NCBI GenBank assembly: GCA_036494815.1
Contig: DASXNV010000030.1
Coordinates: 44,858-108,857 of the forward strand
Source: Caulobacteraceae bacterium
GTDB lineage: Bacteria > Pseudomonadota > Alphaproteobacteria > Caulobacterales > Caulobacteraceae
DNA length: 64,000 nucleotides
Direction: 5' to 3'
Part shown: one piece after another, positions 48,688 through 58,646 of the stretch
How positions within the stretch are numbered: the first letter of the stretch is position 1
How the letters are laid out: every line of letters starts with the position of its first letter
Translations under genes and position numbers: made by a program
Notes under the pieces: model-generated
What the model saw: the letters and a program-made list of their open reading frames with translations, nothing else
What the model was told of the DNA's origin: nothing
Databases searched by the model: none

Positions 48688-49371
48688 ATGGCCGAGACGA
48701 TCAAGATCAAGAGCACCGCCGCCGACGGCTTCGAGTTCAGCGCGCTGCACGCCCAGCCCCAGGGTAAGCGCCGCGGCGGGGTGATCGTGATCCAGGAGAT
48801 CTTCGGCCTCGACCAATTTGTGCAAGCCGATGTGGAGCGCTGGGCCGCCCTGGGCTTCGAGGTCCTGGCCCCGTCCATGTACGACCGCATCGCCCCGGGC
48901 GAGACCTGGTCGCATGAACCGGATGGCTTGGCCGCCGCCTTCGCCATCGTGCAGAAAGCCAAGCCGGCCGACGCCATGGCCGATCTCGCCGCCTGTATCG
49001 CCTATCTGAAGCCGCGCGGCCCGGTGTTCGCGGTCGGCTACTGCTATGGCGGCACCATGGTCTGGCACGCCTCGGCCAATCTGGACGGAATCGCGGCCGG
49101 CTCCAGCTACTATGGCGGCGGCGTGGCCGGGGCTGCGGACCTGGCCCTGAAGAGCCCCGTCATCTGTCACCTGGGGCGCAAGGACGGTCATATCCCGGCC
49201 GACGAGGTCAAGGCCAAGGTCGCCGCGGCCCACCCTGAGGTGCCGGTCTATATCTACGAAAACTCGGGCCACGGCTTCAACAACGATGGCCGGCCCGATT
49301 CCGACGCCGCCGACGCCAAGCTGGCCCGCGAGCGGACCCTGGCCCTGTTCGAGCAGCACGGCGCGGCCTAG
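48688..49371 (+). CDS. Dienelactone hydrolase family protein (copy 1)
   Basis: GGVIVIQEIFGL....Q.DV.RWA..GFEVLAPSMYDR and GYCYGG (nucleophile Cys). Confidence 0.85.
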   Translation: MAETIKIKSTAADGFEFSALHAQPQGKRRGGVIVIQEIFGLDQFVQADVERWAALGFEVLAPSMYDRIAPGETWSHEPDGLAAAFAIVQKAKPADAMADLAACIAYLKPRGPVFAVGYCYGGTMVWHASANLDGIAAGSSYYGGGVAGAADLALKSPVICHLGRKDGHIPADEVKAKVAAAHPEVPVYIYENSGHGFNNDGRPDSDAADAKLARERTLALFEQHGAA

Positions 49372-49375
49372 GGCC

Positions 49376-50062
49376 ATGGCTAGGGGCGAAGCCATCCGCC
49401 TGACCAGCGCCCAGGACGGCTTCAGCTTCGAAGCCTACCGGGTCAAGCCGCAGGATGCGCGCCAGGGCGGCCTGGTGCTGATCCAGGAAATTTTCGGGGT
49501 CACCGATCATATTCGGGAGCTCTGCGACGGCTTCGCCGAGCAGGGCTATGAGGTGGTCGCCCCCTCGCTCTACGACCGCCTGGAGCCCGGCTTCCAGGCC
49601 GACTACGCACCGGAGGCCGTGGCCAAGGCCATGCGCTTCTCACAGCAGACTGCCTGGGACCAGGTGGAGGGCGATCTGAACGCCGCCATCGCGGCCCTGA
49701 CGGGGCCAGTGTTCGTCACTGGCTTCTGCTGGGGTGGCACGGCGGCCTGGCTGACCGCCTGCCGCTGCCCGGGCGTGGCGGCCGCCTCCTGCTTCTACGG
49801 CCGTCGCATTCCGGAACTGCTGGCCGAAACGCCGCAATGCCCCACCATCCTGCATTTCGGCAAGACCGACCGCTCGATCCCGCCGGAAGTGGTGGACCAG
49901 ATCATGGACGCCTATCCGGACCTGCCGGTTCATCTCTACGACGCCGGCCACGGCTTCGTCTCCGACCGCAGCGCCGACTACAGCCCCGACGCCGCACGCC
50001 TGGCCCGCCTACGCACCCTGCAGCTGTTCCAGCGGTCCAGCGGCGTGCGCAGCGAGCACTGA
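49376..50062 (+). CDS. Dienelactone hydrolase family protein (copy 2, tandem paralogue)
   Basis: GGLVLIQEIFGVTDHIRELCDGFAEQGYEVVAPSLYDR and GFCWGG. Start at MARGEAIRL, 4 nt after the stop codon of copy 1. Confidence 0.85.
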   Translation: MARGEAIRLTSAQDGFSFEAYRVKPQDARQGGLVLIQEIFGVTDHIRELCDGFAEQGYEVVAPSLYDRLEPGFQADYAPEAVAKAMRFSQQTAWDQVEGDLNAAIAALTGPVFVTGFCWGGTAAWLTACRCPGVAAASCFYGRRIPELLAETPQCPTILHFGKTDRSIPPEVVDQIMDAYPDLPVHLYDAGHGFVSDRSADYSPDAARLARLRTLQLFQRSSGVRSEH

Positions 50063-50091
50063 GGCAAGCTTGCCTCCCACTCGGGATCAGG

Positions 50092-50136
50092 AAAATAGAA
50101 AAGCCCGCCGAGGTCTCCCCCCGGCGGGCTCTTTTC
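50092..50136. terminator. Bidirectional rho-independent terminator between the second DLH gene (+) and petC (-)
   Basis: A-rich run, then AGCCCGCCG - 11-nt loop - CGGCGGGCT, then CTTTTC. Confidence 0.65.
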
Positions 50137-50155
50137 AGGTCGTCACCAACCCGGC

Positions 50156-51004
50156 TCAGCCGTGGTCGATGTCTTTCCAGAGCCTGCGATAGCTGGCGTA
50201 GACCACGCCCGCGAACAGGAACAGGAAGATAAGCACCGCGACGCCGGTCTGCTTGCGCTCGTCGGCATGGGGCTCGGACGCCCAAGCGAGGAAGGTCACC
50301 ACGTCCTGGGCCTCCTGGTCCGGGGTCGCTTTTACGCCGTCGTCATAGGTGACGCGATCGGCGGTCAGCTGCAGCGGCATGGCGATGAAGCCGCCCTCCG
50401 GCGCCGGGCCGTGGCCGGACCAGAAGCTGCCCAGATCGCCCGGCATATAGGGGTTGTAGTACTTGCCCGCAGGCACCCGCAGACCGGCGGGGGCGGCCTC
50501 ATAACCGGTCAGCAGGTGGTAGATGTAGTTGGGGCCGTCCTCGCGAGCCTTGGCGATCAGCGACAGGTCCGGCGGGAGGGCCCCGCCGTTCGAGGCTCGC
50601 GCCGCAGCTTCGTTGGGGAACGGCTTGACGAAGGTGTCGGCCGGGGTCGCCGGCCGCTTGATCACATCGCCCGTGTCGCTGTCGATGTCAGGGACATTGA
50701 AGTCCTTGGCGATCGCCTTGACCTTGGCGTTGTCGTTCGACGTCTTGTATTTCGGGTCGTAGAACGGCCCGCCCTCCTGCCCGAGGTTCCGATAGGACAT
50801 CAGGTTCATCGCGTGACAGGCGGAGCAGACGTCGTGATAGACCTTGTAGCCCCGTTGCAGCTGCTCCTGGTCGAAGCGGCCGAACGGGCCTTCGAAGCTC
50901 CATTTCACCGGTTCTATCGGCTTTTGCGAAACCTCGGCGAAGCTCGGCTGAGCGGCGGCGACGAAACCGAGCGCGGCCGCGAGAATGAGCGCCTTGCGCA
51001 GCAT
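50156..51004 (-). CDS. petC: Cytochrome c1
   Basis: Start at MLRKALILAAALGFVAAAQPSFA (signal peptide). Heme site CSACHAM. C-terminal TM anchor. Confidence 0.9.
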   Translation of the reverse strand: MLRKALILAAALGFVAAAQPSFAEVSQKPIEPVKWSFEGPFGRFDQEQLQRGYKVYHDVCSACHAMNLMSYRNLGQEGGPFYDPKYKTSNDNAKVKAIAKDFNVPDIDSDTGDVIKRPATPADTFVKPFPNEAAARASNGGALPPDLSLIAKAREDGPNYIYHLLTGYEAAPAGLRVPAGKYYNPYMPGDLGSFWSGHGPAPEGGFIAMPLQLTADRVTYDDGVKATPDQEAQDVVTFLAWASEPHADERKQTGVAVLIFLFLFAGVVYASYRRLWKDIDHG

Positions 51005-51009
51005 CAGGC

Positions 51010-52284
51010 TCAACCCTTCTTTTCGGTGAGGACGGGGGTCGAGATCGACTCCGGCGTCGGCAGGGGTTTTTCGGTCAGGCCCAGGATCGGCATCACCAAG
51101 CCCAGATAGCCGAAGTAGCAGGCGGTTCCGAGCCGCGACAGCCACACGAAGCTGTTCAGGTTGGCGTCGAACAGCTGGAAGCCCGCAAGGCCCTTGAGAA
51201 CCTTTTCGTCCGGCTCGTGGGCTCCGCAAAAGCCCAGAACCAGGCAGACGAAGACAAACAGGAAAAAGAACAGCCGCGCCGAGGGACGATAGCGCATGGA
51301 GCGCACCTTGGAGGTGTCGATCCAGGGCAGCAGGAAGAGGATGCCGATGGCGCCGAACATGGCCAGGGCGCCCATCAGCTTGTTCGGGATGGCGCGCAGG
51401 ATCGCGTAGAACGGCAGGAAATACCATTCCGGCACGATGTGCTGCGGCGTCACCAGCGAATTGGCCACGGTATAGTTGTCGGCGTGGCCCAGGGCGTCCG
51501 GGGCGAAGAACACAAAGGACGCGAACAGGATGAAGAAGACGATGACCGCGAAGCCATCCTTGACCGTATAGTACGGATGGAACGGCACCGTATCGGCCTT
51601 GCTCTTCACCTCCACGCCCTTCGGGTTGTTGTTGCCCGGGACGTGAAGCGCCCAGATGTGCAGGGCGACAACGCCGGCGATCATGAACGGCAGCAGGTAG
51701 TGCAGCGAGAAGAAGCGGTTGAGGGTCGGGTTATCGACCGCAAAACCACCCCATAGAAGGGTGGTGACCTTGTCGCCGAACACGGCGCCGACGATGTTGG
51801 TGATCACCGTTGCGCCCCAGAAGCTCATCTGGCCCCAGGGCAGCACGTAGCCCATGAAGGCGGTGGCCATCATCAGCAGGTAGATGACCAGGCCCAGGAT
51901 CCACAACACCTCGCGCGGAGCCTTGTAGGAGCCGTAATAGACGCCGCGGAAGATGTGGATATAGACCGCGAGGAAAAACATCGATGCGCCGTTGGCGTGG
52001 ATGAAACGGATCATCCAGCCGTGGTTCACGTCGCGCATGATGTGCTCGACGCTGTTGAAAGCGTTAGCGGCGCTAGGGTCGTAGTGCATGGCGAGCACGA
52101 TGCCGGTGACGATCTGGGTCACCAGGCACACCGCCAGGATGGCGCCGAAGGTCCACCAATAGTTCAGATTCTTCGGGGTCGGGAAGCTGACCATGGTGTC
52201 CATGCCAAACCGGATGATCGGCAGGCGGGTGTCGAGCCAGCGCTCGATGGCCGTTTTCGGCTCGTAGGTCGAATGTCCGCTCAT
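51010..52284 (-). CDS. petB: Cytochrome b
   Basis: Start at [30 protein letters not shown] and [13 protein letters not shown] motifs. Confidence 0.92.
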   Translation of the reverse strand: MSGHSTYEPKTAIERWLDTRLPIIRFGMDTMVSFPTPKNLNYWWTFGAILAVCLVTQIVTGIVLAMHYDPSAANAFNSVEHIMRDVNHGWMIRFIHANGASMFFLAVYIHIFRGVYYGSYKAPREVLWILGLVIYLLMMATAFMGYVLPWGQMSFWGATVITNIVGAVFGDKVTTLLWGGFAVDNPTLNRFFSLHYLLPFMIAGVVALHIWALHVPGNNNPKGVEVKSKADTVPFHPYYTVKDGFAVIVFFILFASFVFFAPDALGHADNYTVANSLVTPQHIVPEWYFLPFYAILRAIPNKLMGALAMFGAIGILFLLPWIDTSKVRSMRYRPSARLFFFLFVFVCLVLGFCGAHEPDEKVLKGLAGFQLFDANLNSFVWLSRLGTACYFGYLGLVMPILGLTEKPLPTPESISTPVLTEKKG

Positions 52285-52291
52285 CTGATTA

Positions 52292-52846
52292 TCAGCCGAT
52301 CTTGACCTTGGTGTCGGAAAGGAAGGCGTAGTCGGGGACCGCCAGGTTCTTCGGCGCCGGCCCCTTACGAATGCGGCCCGAGGTGTCATAGACCGAGCCA
52401 TGGCAGGGGCAGAACCAGCCGCCGTAGTCGCCTTGGCCGAAGTTGGGCACGCAACCCAGGTGGGTGCAGACACCGACCAGGATCAGCCACTGCGACTTGC
52501 CCGGCTTGGTGCGTTGAGCATCGGTCTGCGGATCACGCAGATCGGCGTGGTCGGAAGCGACCGCCTCGGCGATCTCCTTGGGCGTGCGATAGCGGACGAA
52601 CACCGGCTTGCCGCGCCACTTGACCACCACCTGCTGGCCTTGCTGAACCTTGGTCAGGTCGAATTCGATCGACGCCAGGGCCAGCGTATCAGCCGCCGGA
52701 TTCATCTGGTCGATCAGCGGCCAGGCCACCGCGGCCACGCCGCCCACCGCCGCCGTGGCGGCGACGATGTGGATGAAATCCCGTCGGTTGGGATCCTGGC
52801 CCGGAGGGGCGTGCCCGTCCGGATTCGTTGCGACGGTGTCGGCCAC
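52292..52846 (-). CDS. petA: Ubiquinol-cytochrome c reductase Rieske iron-sulfur subunit
   Basis: Tat-like RRDFI. Rieske boxes CTHLGC and CPCHGS. Confidence 0.92.
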   Translation of the reverse strand: MADTVATNPDGHAPPGQDPNRRDFIHIVAATAAVGGVAAVAWPLIDQMNPAADTLALASIEFDLTKVQQGQQVVVKWRGKPVFVRYRTPKEIAEAVASDHADLRDPQTDAQRTKPGKSQWLILVGVCTHLGCVPNFGQGDYGGWFCPCHGSVYDTSGRIRKGPAPKNLAVPDYAFLSDTKVKIG

Positions 52847-53032
52847 CTCAGCTTACCCCTCGATATGGCGGCGCCGCTTGACGGCGCACACAGGAACATT
52901 GTCGACCTTTACAGGCCGGCTGCATCAAGACACAGGGCTAGAGTCAAGTGATAACGGCTCGCACTATCGCCGCCCATCGTCCCCCGACGCGAGTCGACAG
53001 ACCCGCCCAGCATCTTGCATGGTTCGCTTAGA

Positions 53033-53506
53033 ATGCGCTTGGCCCTTTTTCAACCAGACATTCCGCAAAACGTCGGCGCAGCCCTAAGACTCTGCGCCTG
53101 TTTGCACGTCGGTCTGGAAATTATCGAGCCTTGCGCCTTTCCGTTGACCGATCGCGCGGTCAAGCGGGCGGCCATGGATTACGCCAGCCAGGCCCAGATT
53201 ATCCGCCGTCGTTCGTGGACGGAGTTCCTGGAGTCCCCGGCGCGGGCCGAGGGCCGGCTGTTGCTGTTCACCACCAAGGCCGCCTCGCCCTATGCCGATT
53301 TCGCCTTCGCTCCGGGCGACACCCTGCTTTTCGGGCAGGAAAGCGTCGGGGCGCCCGATTTCGTGCATGGCGCCGCCCAGGCCCGCCTGATCGTACCCAT
53401 CCGCGCCGAGACCCGCTCGCTGAACCTGGTCACCGCCTGCGCCATGGGGCTGGGCGAGGCCCTGCGGCAGACGCAGGGGTTTCCCGCAAGTGGCGTTCGG
53501 AGTTAG
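53033..53506 (+). CDS. trmL: tRNA (cytidine/uridine-2'-O)-methyltransferase TrmL (SpoU family)
   Basis: [31 protein letters not shown] and IPI.....SLNL. motifs. Confidence 0.85.
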   Translation: MRLALFQPDIPQNVGAALRLCACLHVGLEIIEPCAFPLTDRAVKRAAMDYASQAQIIRRRSWTEFLESPARAEGRLLLFTTKAASPYADFAFAPGDTLLFGQESVGAPDFVHGAAQARLIVPIRAETRSLNLVTACAMGLGEALRQTQGFPASGVRS

Positions 53507-53514
53507 GAGGCCCC

Positions 53515-54393
53515 ATGACCACCATCGCCCCCGCTGTCGAAGACCGCCGCACCCGCGCCCGCGCCTGGTTCGAATCGCTGCGCGACCGAATCTGCGCCGC
53601 CCTAGAGCAGCTGGAGGACGAAGCCTGCGAAGACCTCTATCCTGGCCCGGCCGGCCGCTTCGACTATAGGCCCTGGTCGCGGGAGACCGGCTCGGGTGGC
53701 GGGCTCGGCGGTCATCTAATCGGGCGATTGTTCGAAAAGGCCGGGGTGCATACCTCCTCGGCCAGTGGGCGCTTTTCTCCGGAAATGGCGGCCACCATGC
53801 CCGGCGGGGACAAGGACCCCAACTATGTCTCCAGCAGCATCAGCCTGATCGTCCATCCCCGCTCCCCCCGGGTCCCGGCGGTGCACATGAACACCCGCTT
53901 TCTATCCACGGGGGAGTACTGGTTCGGCGGCGGAGCCGACCTCACCCCCTTGCTGGACGAACAGCGCCGCCAGGACGCGCCGGACGCGGTGGCCTTCCAT
54001 GCGGCGATGCGCCGCGCCTGCGACGCCCACGATCCGGCCTTCCATGAGCGCTTCAAAAAATGGTGCGACGAGTATTTCTTCCTGCCCCACCGCAACGAGC
54101 CGCGGGGAATCGGCGGCATCTTCTACGATCGCCACAACACCGGCGACTTCGATGCCGACTTCGCCTTCACCCGCGATGTGGGCGAGGCCTTTCTGGACGT
54201 CTATCCCCGGATCGTGCGCGGCTGGATGAACCAGCCCTGGACCGAGGCCGAGCGCGAGGAGCAGCTGGTCCGGCGCGGCCGCTATGTGGAATTCAACCTG
54301 CTCTACGACCGCGGCACCATGTTCGGCCTGAAGGTGGGCGGAAATATCGAAACCATCCTCAGCTCGATGCCGCCAATGGTGCGCTGGCCTTAG
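53515..54393 (+). CDS. hemF: Oxygen-dependent coproporphyrinogen III oxidase
   Basis: ATG after [30 protein letters not shown] and [13 protein letters not shown] motifs. Confidence 0.9.
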   Translation: MTTIAPAVEDRRTRARAWFESLRDRICAALEQLEDEACEDLYPGPAGRFDYRPWSRETGSGGGLGGHLIGRLFEKAGVHTSSASGRFSPEMAATMPGGDKDPNYVSSSISLIVHPRSPRVPAVHMNTRFLSTGEYWFGGGADLTPLLDEQRRQDAPDAVAFHAAMRRACDAHDPAFHERFKKWCDEYFFLPHRNEPRGIGGIFYDRHNTGDFDADFAFTRDVGEAFLDVYPRIVRGWMNQPWTEAEREEQLVRRGRYVEFNLLYDRGTMFGLKVGGNIETILSSMPPMVRWP

Positions 54394-54420
54394 GCTGAGC
54401 GAGCGTGTGGCCTCGGGTTT

Positions 54421-54460
54421 AAGCCTGTGCTAATTTGTACACAACCTAGCACAAGGCTTT
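54421..54460. promoter_or_regulatory. Imperfect inverted repeat AAGCC-TGTGCTA-att-TGTACA-caacc-TAGCACA-a-GGCTT directly upstream of parD; candidate antitoxin operator
   Basis: Read from the sequence. Perfect 7-bp arms with extended flanks and a central TGTACA palindrome. It ends 4 nt before the parD ATG. Confidence 0.35.
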
Positions 54461-54463
54461 CAC

Positions 54464-54727
54464 ATGGCCACCAGCACCACCATGACCATTCGGGTCAGCA
54501 CCGACGTCAAGGACAAGCTCGACCGGCTCGCCCACGGCACCCGACGCAGCAAGTCCTTCCTCGCTGCGGAGGCCGTCTCCGCCTATGTGGAACGCGAGCT
54601 TGAAATCATCGACGGCGTTCGACGCGGCCTGACCGACATAGAGGCCGGGCGTGTTGTTCCACATGACGACGCCATGGCCGAAATCTATGAAGCCATCGAC
54701 GAGGCAGGGCGGAACCGCAAGGCGTGA
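54464..54727 (+). CDS. parD: Ribbon-helix-helix (CopG/ParD-type) antitoxin
   Basis: MTIRVSTDVKDKLDRLAHGTRRSKSFLAAEAVSAYVE is the RHH motif. The C-terminal tail is DIEAGRVVPHDDAM. Confidence 0.8.
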   Translation: MATSTTMTIRVSTDVKDKLDRLAHGTRRSKSFLAAEAVSAYVERELEIIDGVRRGLTDIEAGRVVPHDDAMAEIYEAIDEAGRNRKA

Positions 54728-55032
54728 GGCGGCCCGTTCAATGGTCGCGGCACGCGCTGGACGACCTCAAAAGCCAGATCGCCTATATCGCCGCCGAAAA
54801 CCCGCCCGCCGCGCGCCGCGTCGCAGACAGGATCCGGGTGACGGGCGCAGCCCTCGGGGACACGACCACGGGCCGGCCGGGGCGCGTCAGCGGAACCTAT
54901 GAAAAGCCCGTCGTCGGCCTGCCCTACGTCATCGCCTATGCCATCACCGCCCTGGCCGGGCGCGAGGTCGTGTCGATCCTGCGCGTGATCCACTCGGCGC
55001 GGAACTGGCCGGATGAAGAGTGGCCGACCTGA
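54724..55032 (+). CDS. parE: ParE/RelE-family toxin
   Basis: GTGA overlap with parD. W...A..DL..QI.YIA..NP.AA..V...I and ILRVIHSARNWP are typical of the ParE family. Confidence 0.8.
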   Translation: MRRPVQWSRHALDDLKSQIAYIAAENPPAARRVADRIRVTGAALGDTTTGRPGRVSGTYEKPVVGLPYVIAYAITALAGREVVSILRVIHSARNWPDEEWPT

Positions 55033-55056
55033 CGAGCGCTGGACACGGATCACGCG

Positions 55057-55392
55057 CTAAGGCGGAGAACCTGGCGCGAAATCGAGGCGCAGCGGGTGGT
55101 CGATGACCACGGCGGTTCCGGCCTCGATCACCCGGACCGAATGGATCACGTTCGGCGGCACGACGGCCGCCACGCCGGGGCGGGCGATCTGGCTGACCCC
55201 GTCGATGGTCACCTCGACAGCGCCGGACAGGATTTCCCAGACCTCTTCCTGCGGATGAAAGTGAGGATGAACCGTCGCGCCGCCGTCGAACTCCCAATGC
55301 GAGATGGTCATGGTCTCGCTATGGAATAGCCGCGCACGCCAGCCGACGCCTTTTTCGAACGGGACCAACTGGCCGATGTCGACGAAAGGCAT
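55057..55392 (-). CDS. Cupin-domain protein
   Basis: G..VHPHFHPQEEVWEILSG...VTIDG......PG..AVVPPNVIHSV is the cupin_2 motif. Start taken at MPFVDIG. Confidence 0.75.
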   Translation of the reverse strand: MPFVDIGQLVPFEKGVGWRARLFHSETMTISHWEFDGGATVHPHFHPQEEVWEILSGAVEVTIDGVSQIARPGVAAVVPPNVIHSVRVIEAGTAVVIDHPLRLDFAPGSPP

Positions 55393-55467
55393 GAGCGCAC
55401 TCCCATGGTTTGCGAGCTCAACATAACCCTGTTCCTTGGTGGCGTGGAGACGGAAGCACACTGTCCG

Positions 55468-56532
55468 TTAGATGACGCCGAGCGCTTCCCAGGCAGCCAT
55501 GGCCAGGCCCAGCCCGCGCATGTCCCCCGTCGTCGTCGAACCCATCTTGTTCATCGCGTAGGCCATGGTGGTGCGCGCATCCATGTCAATGATCGCCAGT
55601 GAGCCGCCATACCCGCCCCAGAATATCGTGTTGGGGTTCGGGAACGACATCGCCCCGCCAGAGACGGCGAACCCCAGGCCGTAGCGCATCGTCATTCCCA
55701 GAATGCGGTCGCGGCCTTCCGCCTGCACTTCAAGGGCTTTTCGGCAGCCGGCCTCGGAAAGGAAGCGCTTGGCCTTGGCCATCCCGCCATTGGCCAGGAT
55801 GGCGTGGATCTGGGCGATCGAGCGGGCGTTGCCCGTGCCGCCGGCGGCGGGGATCTCGGCGCCTCGCCAGGCGCGGGTGCGCGTGTCTGCCACATCGATC
55901 ATCACCGTCGGGCCGCCAGGGGGCGGCGGGGTGAGATCGGCGACTCGCGCATCTTCCGAGGCGGGCAGGCCGATGTGGAAATCAGCGCCCAGAGGCTCGG
56001 CGATCTCCTGGCGAAACACGGTCCCGATCGAACGTCCGGTGATGCGTCGCACCACTTCGCCGACCAGATAGCCCTGGGTCATCGAATGATAGCCGATCTC
56101 CGTTCCAGGCTCCCACTGGGGCGCCTGCCGCGCCAGCAGGGCCGTAACCTTGTCCCAGTCGTAGAGGTCTGCGGTGACGATCGGCGCCGTCCAGTCCGGC
56201 AGCCCGGCCGAGTGGCTCATCAGATGGCTGACCTTGACCTGGTCCTTGCCCTCGGCGGCGAACTCCGGCCAGTAGCGCGCCACAGGCGCGTCGAAGTCCA
56301 GCTCACCGCGATCCGCCAGCAGCAGCGCTGTCAGGGCGGTCATGGTCTTGGTGGTCGAAAAGACGTTGACGATAGTGTCCGCCGCCCAGGGCCGGGTGCG
56401 CTCGGCGTCGCCCCAGCCACCCCAGACGTCGACCACCGTTTCTCCCTCCACCGTCATGCAAAAGGACGCGCCGAGATCTTCGCCGCTGTCCAGGTTCTGA
56501 TGAAAAGCCGCCTCGACCGGTTCGAACTTCAT
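55468..56532 (-). CDS. Serine hydrolase, beta-lactamase (class C/EstB-like) family
   Basis: SxxK motif FSTTKTMTAL. ATG at 56532 after GGGAGGG. Confidence 0.85.
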   Translation of the reverse strand: MKFEPVEAAFHQNLDSGEDLGASFCMTVEGETVVDVWGGWGDAERTRPWAADTIVNVFSTTKTMTALTALLLADRGELDFDAPVARYWPEFAAEGKDQVKVSHLMSHSAGLPDWTAPIVTADLYDWDKVTALLARQAPQWEPGTEIGYHSMTQGYLVGEVVRRITGRSIGTVFRQEIAEPLGADFHIGLPASEDARVADLTPPPPGGPTVMIDVADTRTRAWRGAEIPAAGGTGNARSIAQIHAILANGGMAKAKRFLSEAGCRKALEVQAEGRDRILGMTMRYGLGFAVSGGAMSFPNPNTIFWGGYGGSLAIIDMDARTTMAYAMNKMGSTTTGDMRGLGLAMAAWEALGVI

Positions 56533-56737
56533 TTCCGACCCTCCCGCCTGGCCCTCCATCGCTTCAACTATCGCACAGGGTGAAGCTGCCGCTACGGCGC
56601 CGTCTCCCGTGTGCGCGCCAAATAGAGCCGAGAGGGCCAAGCTATCCGGCCCGCCAGCCAATGTCCGCCTTAGGGTCGCAATCCCATTTGGCTTAGGTTT
56701 TGAAAGCCCATCTTGTCATCACAGGACCTGGCCGCCT

Positions 56738-58006
56738 TCAGTACGCCATCCCCTGCGCCACCGCCTTGAGCTGTTCCACTAGCGACAGCTTGTCGTCGGT
56801 GAAATCCTGGTCGATCCACCAGTCCTCCACCTCTCGCATCACCGCGCCCACCAGCGGCCCCTTGGGCACCCCGGCGGCCAGCACCTCGTCGCCGGTCAGG
56901 GGCAAGGTCGGGCGTGGCCAGCTCTGGGCCATGGGCATCAGGGCGCGCCACTGGACGGTGGCGGCGGGGCGGTTGGAGGCGGCCCAGGCCAGCTGCGCGC
57001 GATCGCAGAAGGCCGCGGCGCCCAGGCGATAGACGGCGCGGCGGGCCTCGCGCGGGCTCATCCACGAGACCATGCGCGGCTCGTCGCCCAAGGCGGCGAT
57101 CAGGCGCTCGCGCTGGGCGTTGGAGAGGCGCAGGGCGGCGCCGGTCTGGGCGGCCACGGCCGGATCGTCGGGCAACAGGGCGGCCAGGCGCAGCAGCGGA
57201 TCGCATTGGAACAGCTGATCGGTCTCGATCGCCACCAGGCCCTCGAAGCGGGTCAGCCCCTGGGCCTGGGGCAGGATCGCGCCCAGAATCCCGGTCGCAG
57301 CCATCAGGCGCACGGTCGGGCGCGGATCGTCGGCGGCCAGGAGCTTGAGCAGCTCCTTGGCCACCCGCTCTGCGGACAGCTGGGCCAGGCCGGCCTTCAT
57401 CCGCTGGCAGGCGGCCAGGCCCTCGGGATCGGGCTCGCCCTTGCCGTACCAGGCCTGGAAGCGAAAAAAACGCAGGATACGCAGGGCGTCCTCGGCGATG
57501 CGCTGGTCGGCCTCGCCCACAAAGACGATGCGCCCCGCCTTGGCGTCGGCGACGCCCTGCCCGGTGGGATCGAACACTCCGCCCCCGGCGTCGGCATAGA
57601 GGGCGTTGAGGCGAAAATCCCGGCGTTGGGCGTCCTCGGCCCAATCGGTGGTGAAGGCGACCACCGCGCGGCGGCCATCGGTCTCCACATCGCGGCGCAG
57701 GGTGGTGACTTCGAAAGGCTTGCCGCCTGACACCACCGTGACCGTGCCATGGTCGACGCCAGTGGGAACGGCCTTGAGCCCAGCCGCCTTCGCCGCCGCG
57801 ATCACCTGGTCCGGCGTCAGGGTGGTGGCGATGTCGATATCATCCACCGGCCGTCCGATCATCGCGTTGCGCACGCAGCCGCCGACGAACCGGGCGCAGT
57901 CCGCTCCGCCGGCCGCCTCCAGCGCGGTCATCACGGCCTGGGTGTCTTTGTCGCGCAGCCAGGGCCTGGCGATGACGGCGTCGGTCACGGGCGGGGATCC
58001 TTGCAT
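56738..58006 (-). CDS. cca: CCA tRNA nucleotidyltransferase (poly(A) polymerase family)
   Basis: RFVGGCVRNA..G....DIDIATT..P and TLR.D.ETDGR motifs. Confidence 0.85.
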   Translation of the reverse strand: MQGSPPVTDAVIARPWLRDKDTQAVMTALEAAGGADCARFVGGCVRNAMIGRPVDDIDIATTLTPDQVIAAAKAAGLKAVPTGVDHGTVTVVSGGKPFEVTTLRRDVETDGRRAVVAFTTDWAEDAQRRDFRLNALYADAGGGVFDPTGQGVADAKAGRIVFVGEADQRIAEDALRILRFFRFQAWYGKGEPDPEGLAACQRMKAGLAQLSAERVAKELLKLLAADDPRPTVRLMAATGILGAILPQAQGLTRFEGLVAIETDQLFQCDPLLRLAALLPDDPAVAAQTGAALRLSNAQRERLIAALGDEPRMVSWMSPREARRAVYRLGAAAFCDRAQLAWAASNRPAATVQWRALMPMAQSWPRPTLPLTGDEVLAAGVPKGPLVGAVMREVEDWWIDQDFTDDKLSLVEQLKAVAQGMAY

Positions 58007-58016
58007 CGCGGCGACC

Positions 58017-58646
58017 TCACACCGCCACCACATCGCACAGGCGCTCGTAGAGCGCCCGCAGGATGCCGGCCGTGGCCCCCCAGATCAGGCGCTCCTGGTA
58101 GGGCATGGCGTAGAAATGCCGGCGGGCGCCGTCTTCGCCGTCCAGGAACCGCCGTTCGTGATTGGCCGGGTTCATGAGGAAGGCGAAGGGGGTCTCGAAG
58201 ATGTCGGCGACCTCGGCGGGATTGGGGGTCAGGGAAAAGCCCGGCTTTACGAAACCAACCACCGGGGTGATGTCGAAGCCCGAACCAGTCTGATAGGCCG
58301 AGGACAGGCCGGCGAGTTCCACCAGGGCCGGCTCAAGGCCGACCTCCTCATGGGCCTCACGCAGGGCCGTCCCCCAGGGGGTCTCGCCGGGATCACAGCG
58401 GCCGCCGGGCAAGGCGACCTGGCCGGTATGGCGGCGCAGGGTGTCGGCCCGGCGGGTCAGCAGCACGGTCAGTCCCTCCTCGTGCTCGATCAAGGCCACC
58501 AGCACGGCGGCGGAGGTCAGCAGGTCGGGAGGCGGATGGCCGGGGTTGAGATCGAAATCCGACCCCACCGATCGCATTTGCGGATCATAGGTCGCGATGG
58601 GATCGAGCCGGGCGGTGATCGAGCGGCGAAGGGCTTCGTGGCTCAT
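58017..58646 (-). CDS. CoA pyrophosphatase (Nudix, NudL-like)
   Basis: Nudix box LPGGRCDPGETPWGTALREAHEEVGL, preceded by the LLTRRA..LR.H.GQ motif. ATGA overlap with the upstream gene. Confidence 0.85.
   Translation of the reverse strand: MSHEALRRSITARLDPIATYDPQMRSVGSDFDLNPGHPPPDLLTSAAVLVALIEHEEGLTVLLTRRADTLRRHTGQVALPGGRCDPGETPWGTALREAHEEVGLEPALVELAGLSSAYQTGSGFDITPVVGFVKPGFSLTPNPAEVADIFETPFAFLMNPANHERRFLDGEDGARRHFYAMPYQERLIWGATAGILRALYERLCDVVAV

Noticed and set aside
47574-48977. A 467-aa minus-strand ORF opposite ychF and the first DLH gene. Similar cases are 35037-36230(-), 62388-63341(+), 50162-51109(+) and 21250-22524(+).
   Set aside because: Shadow ORFs with no motifs, spanning two real genes or lying antisense to well-supported ones.
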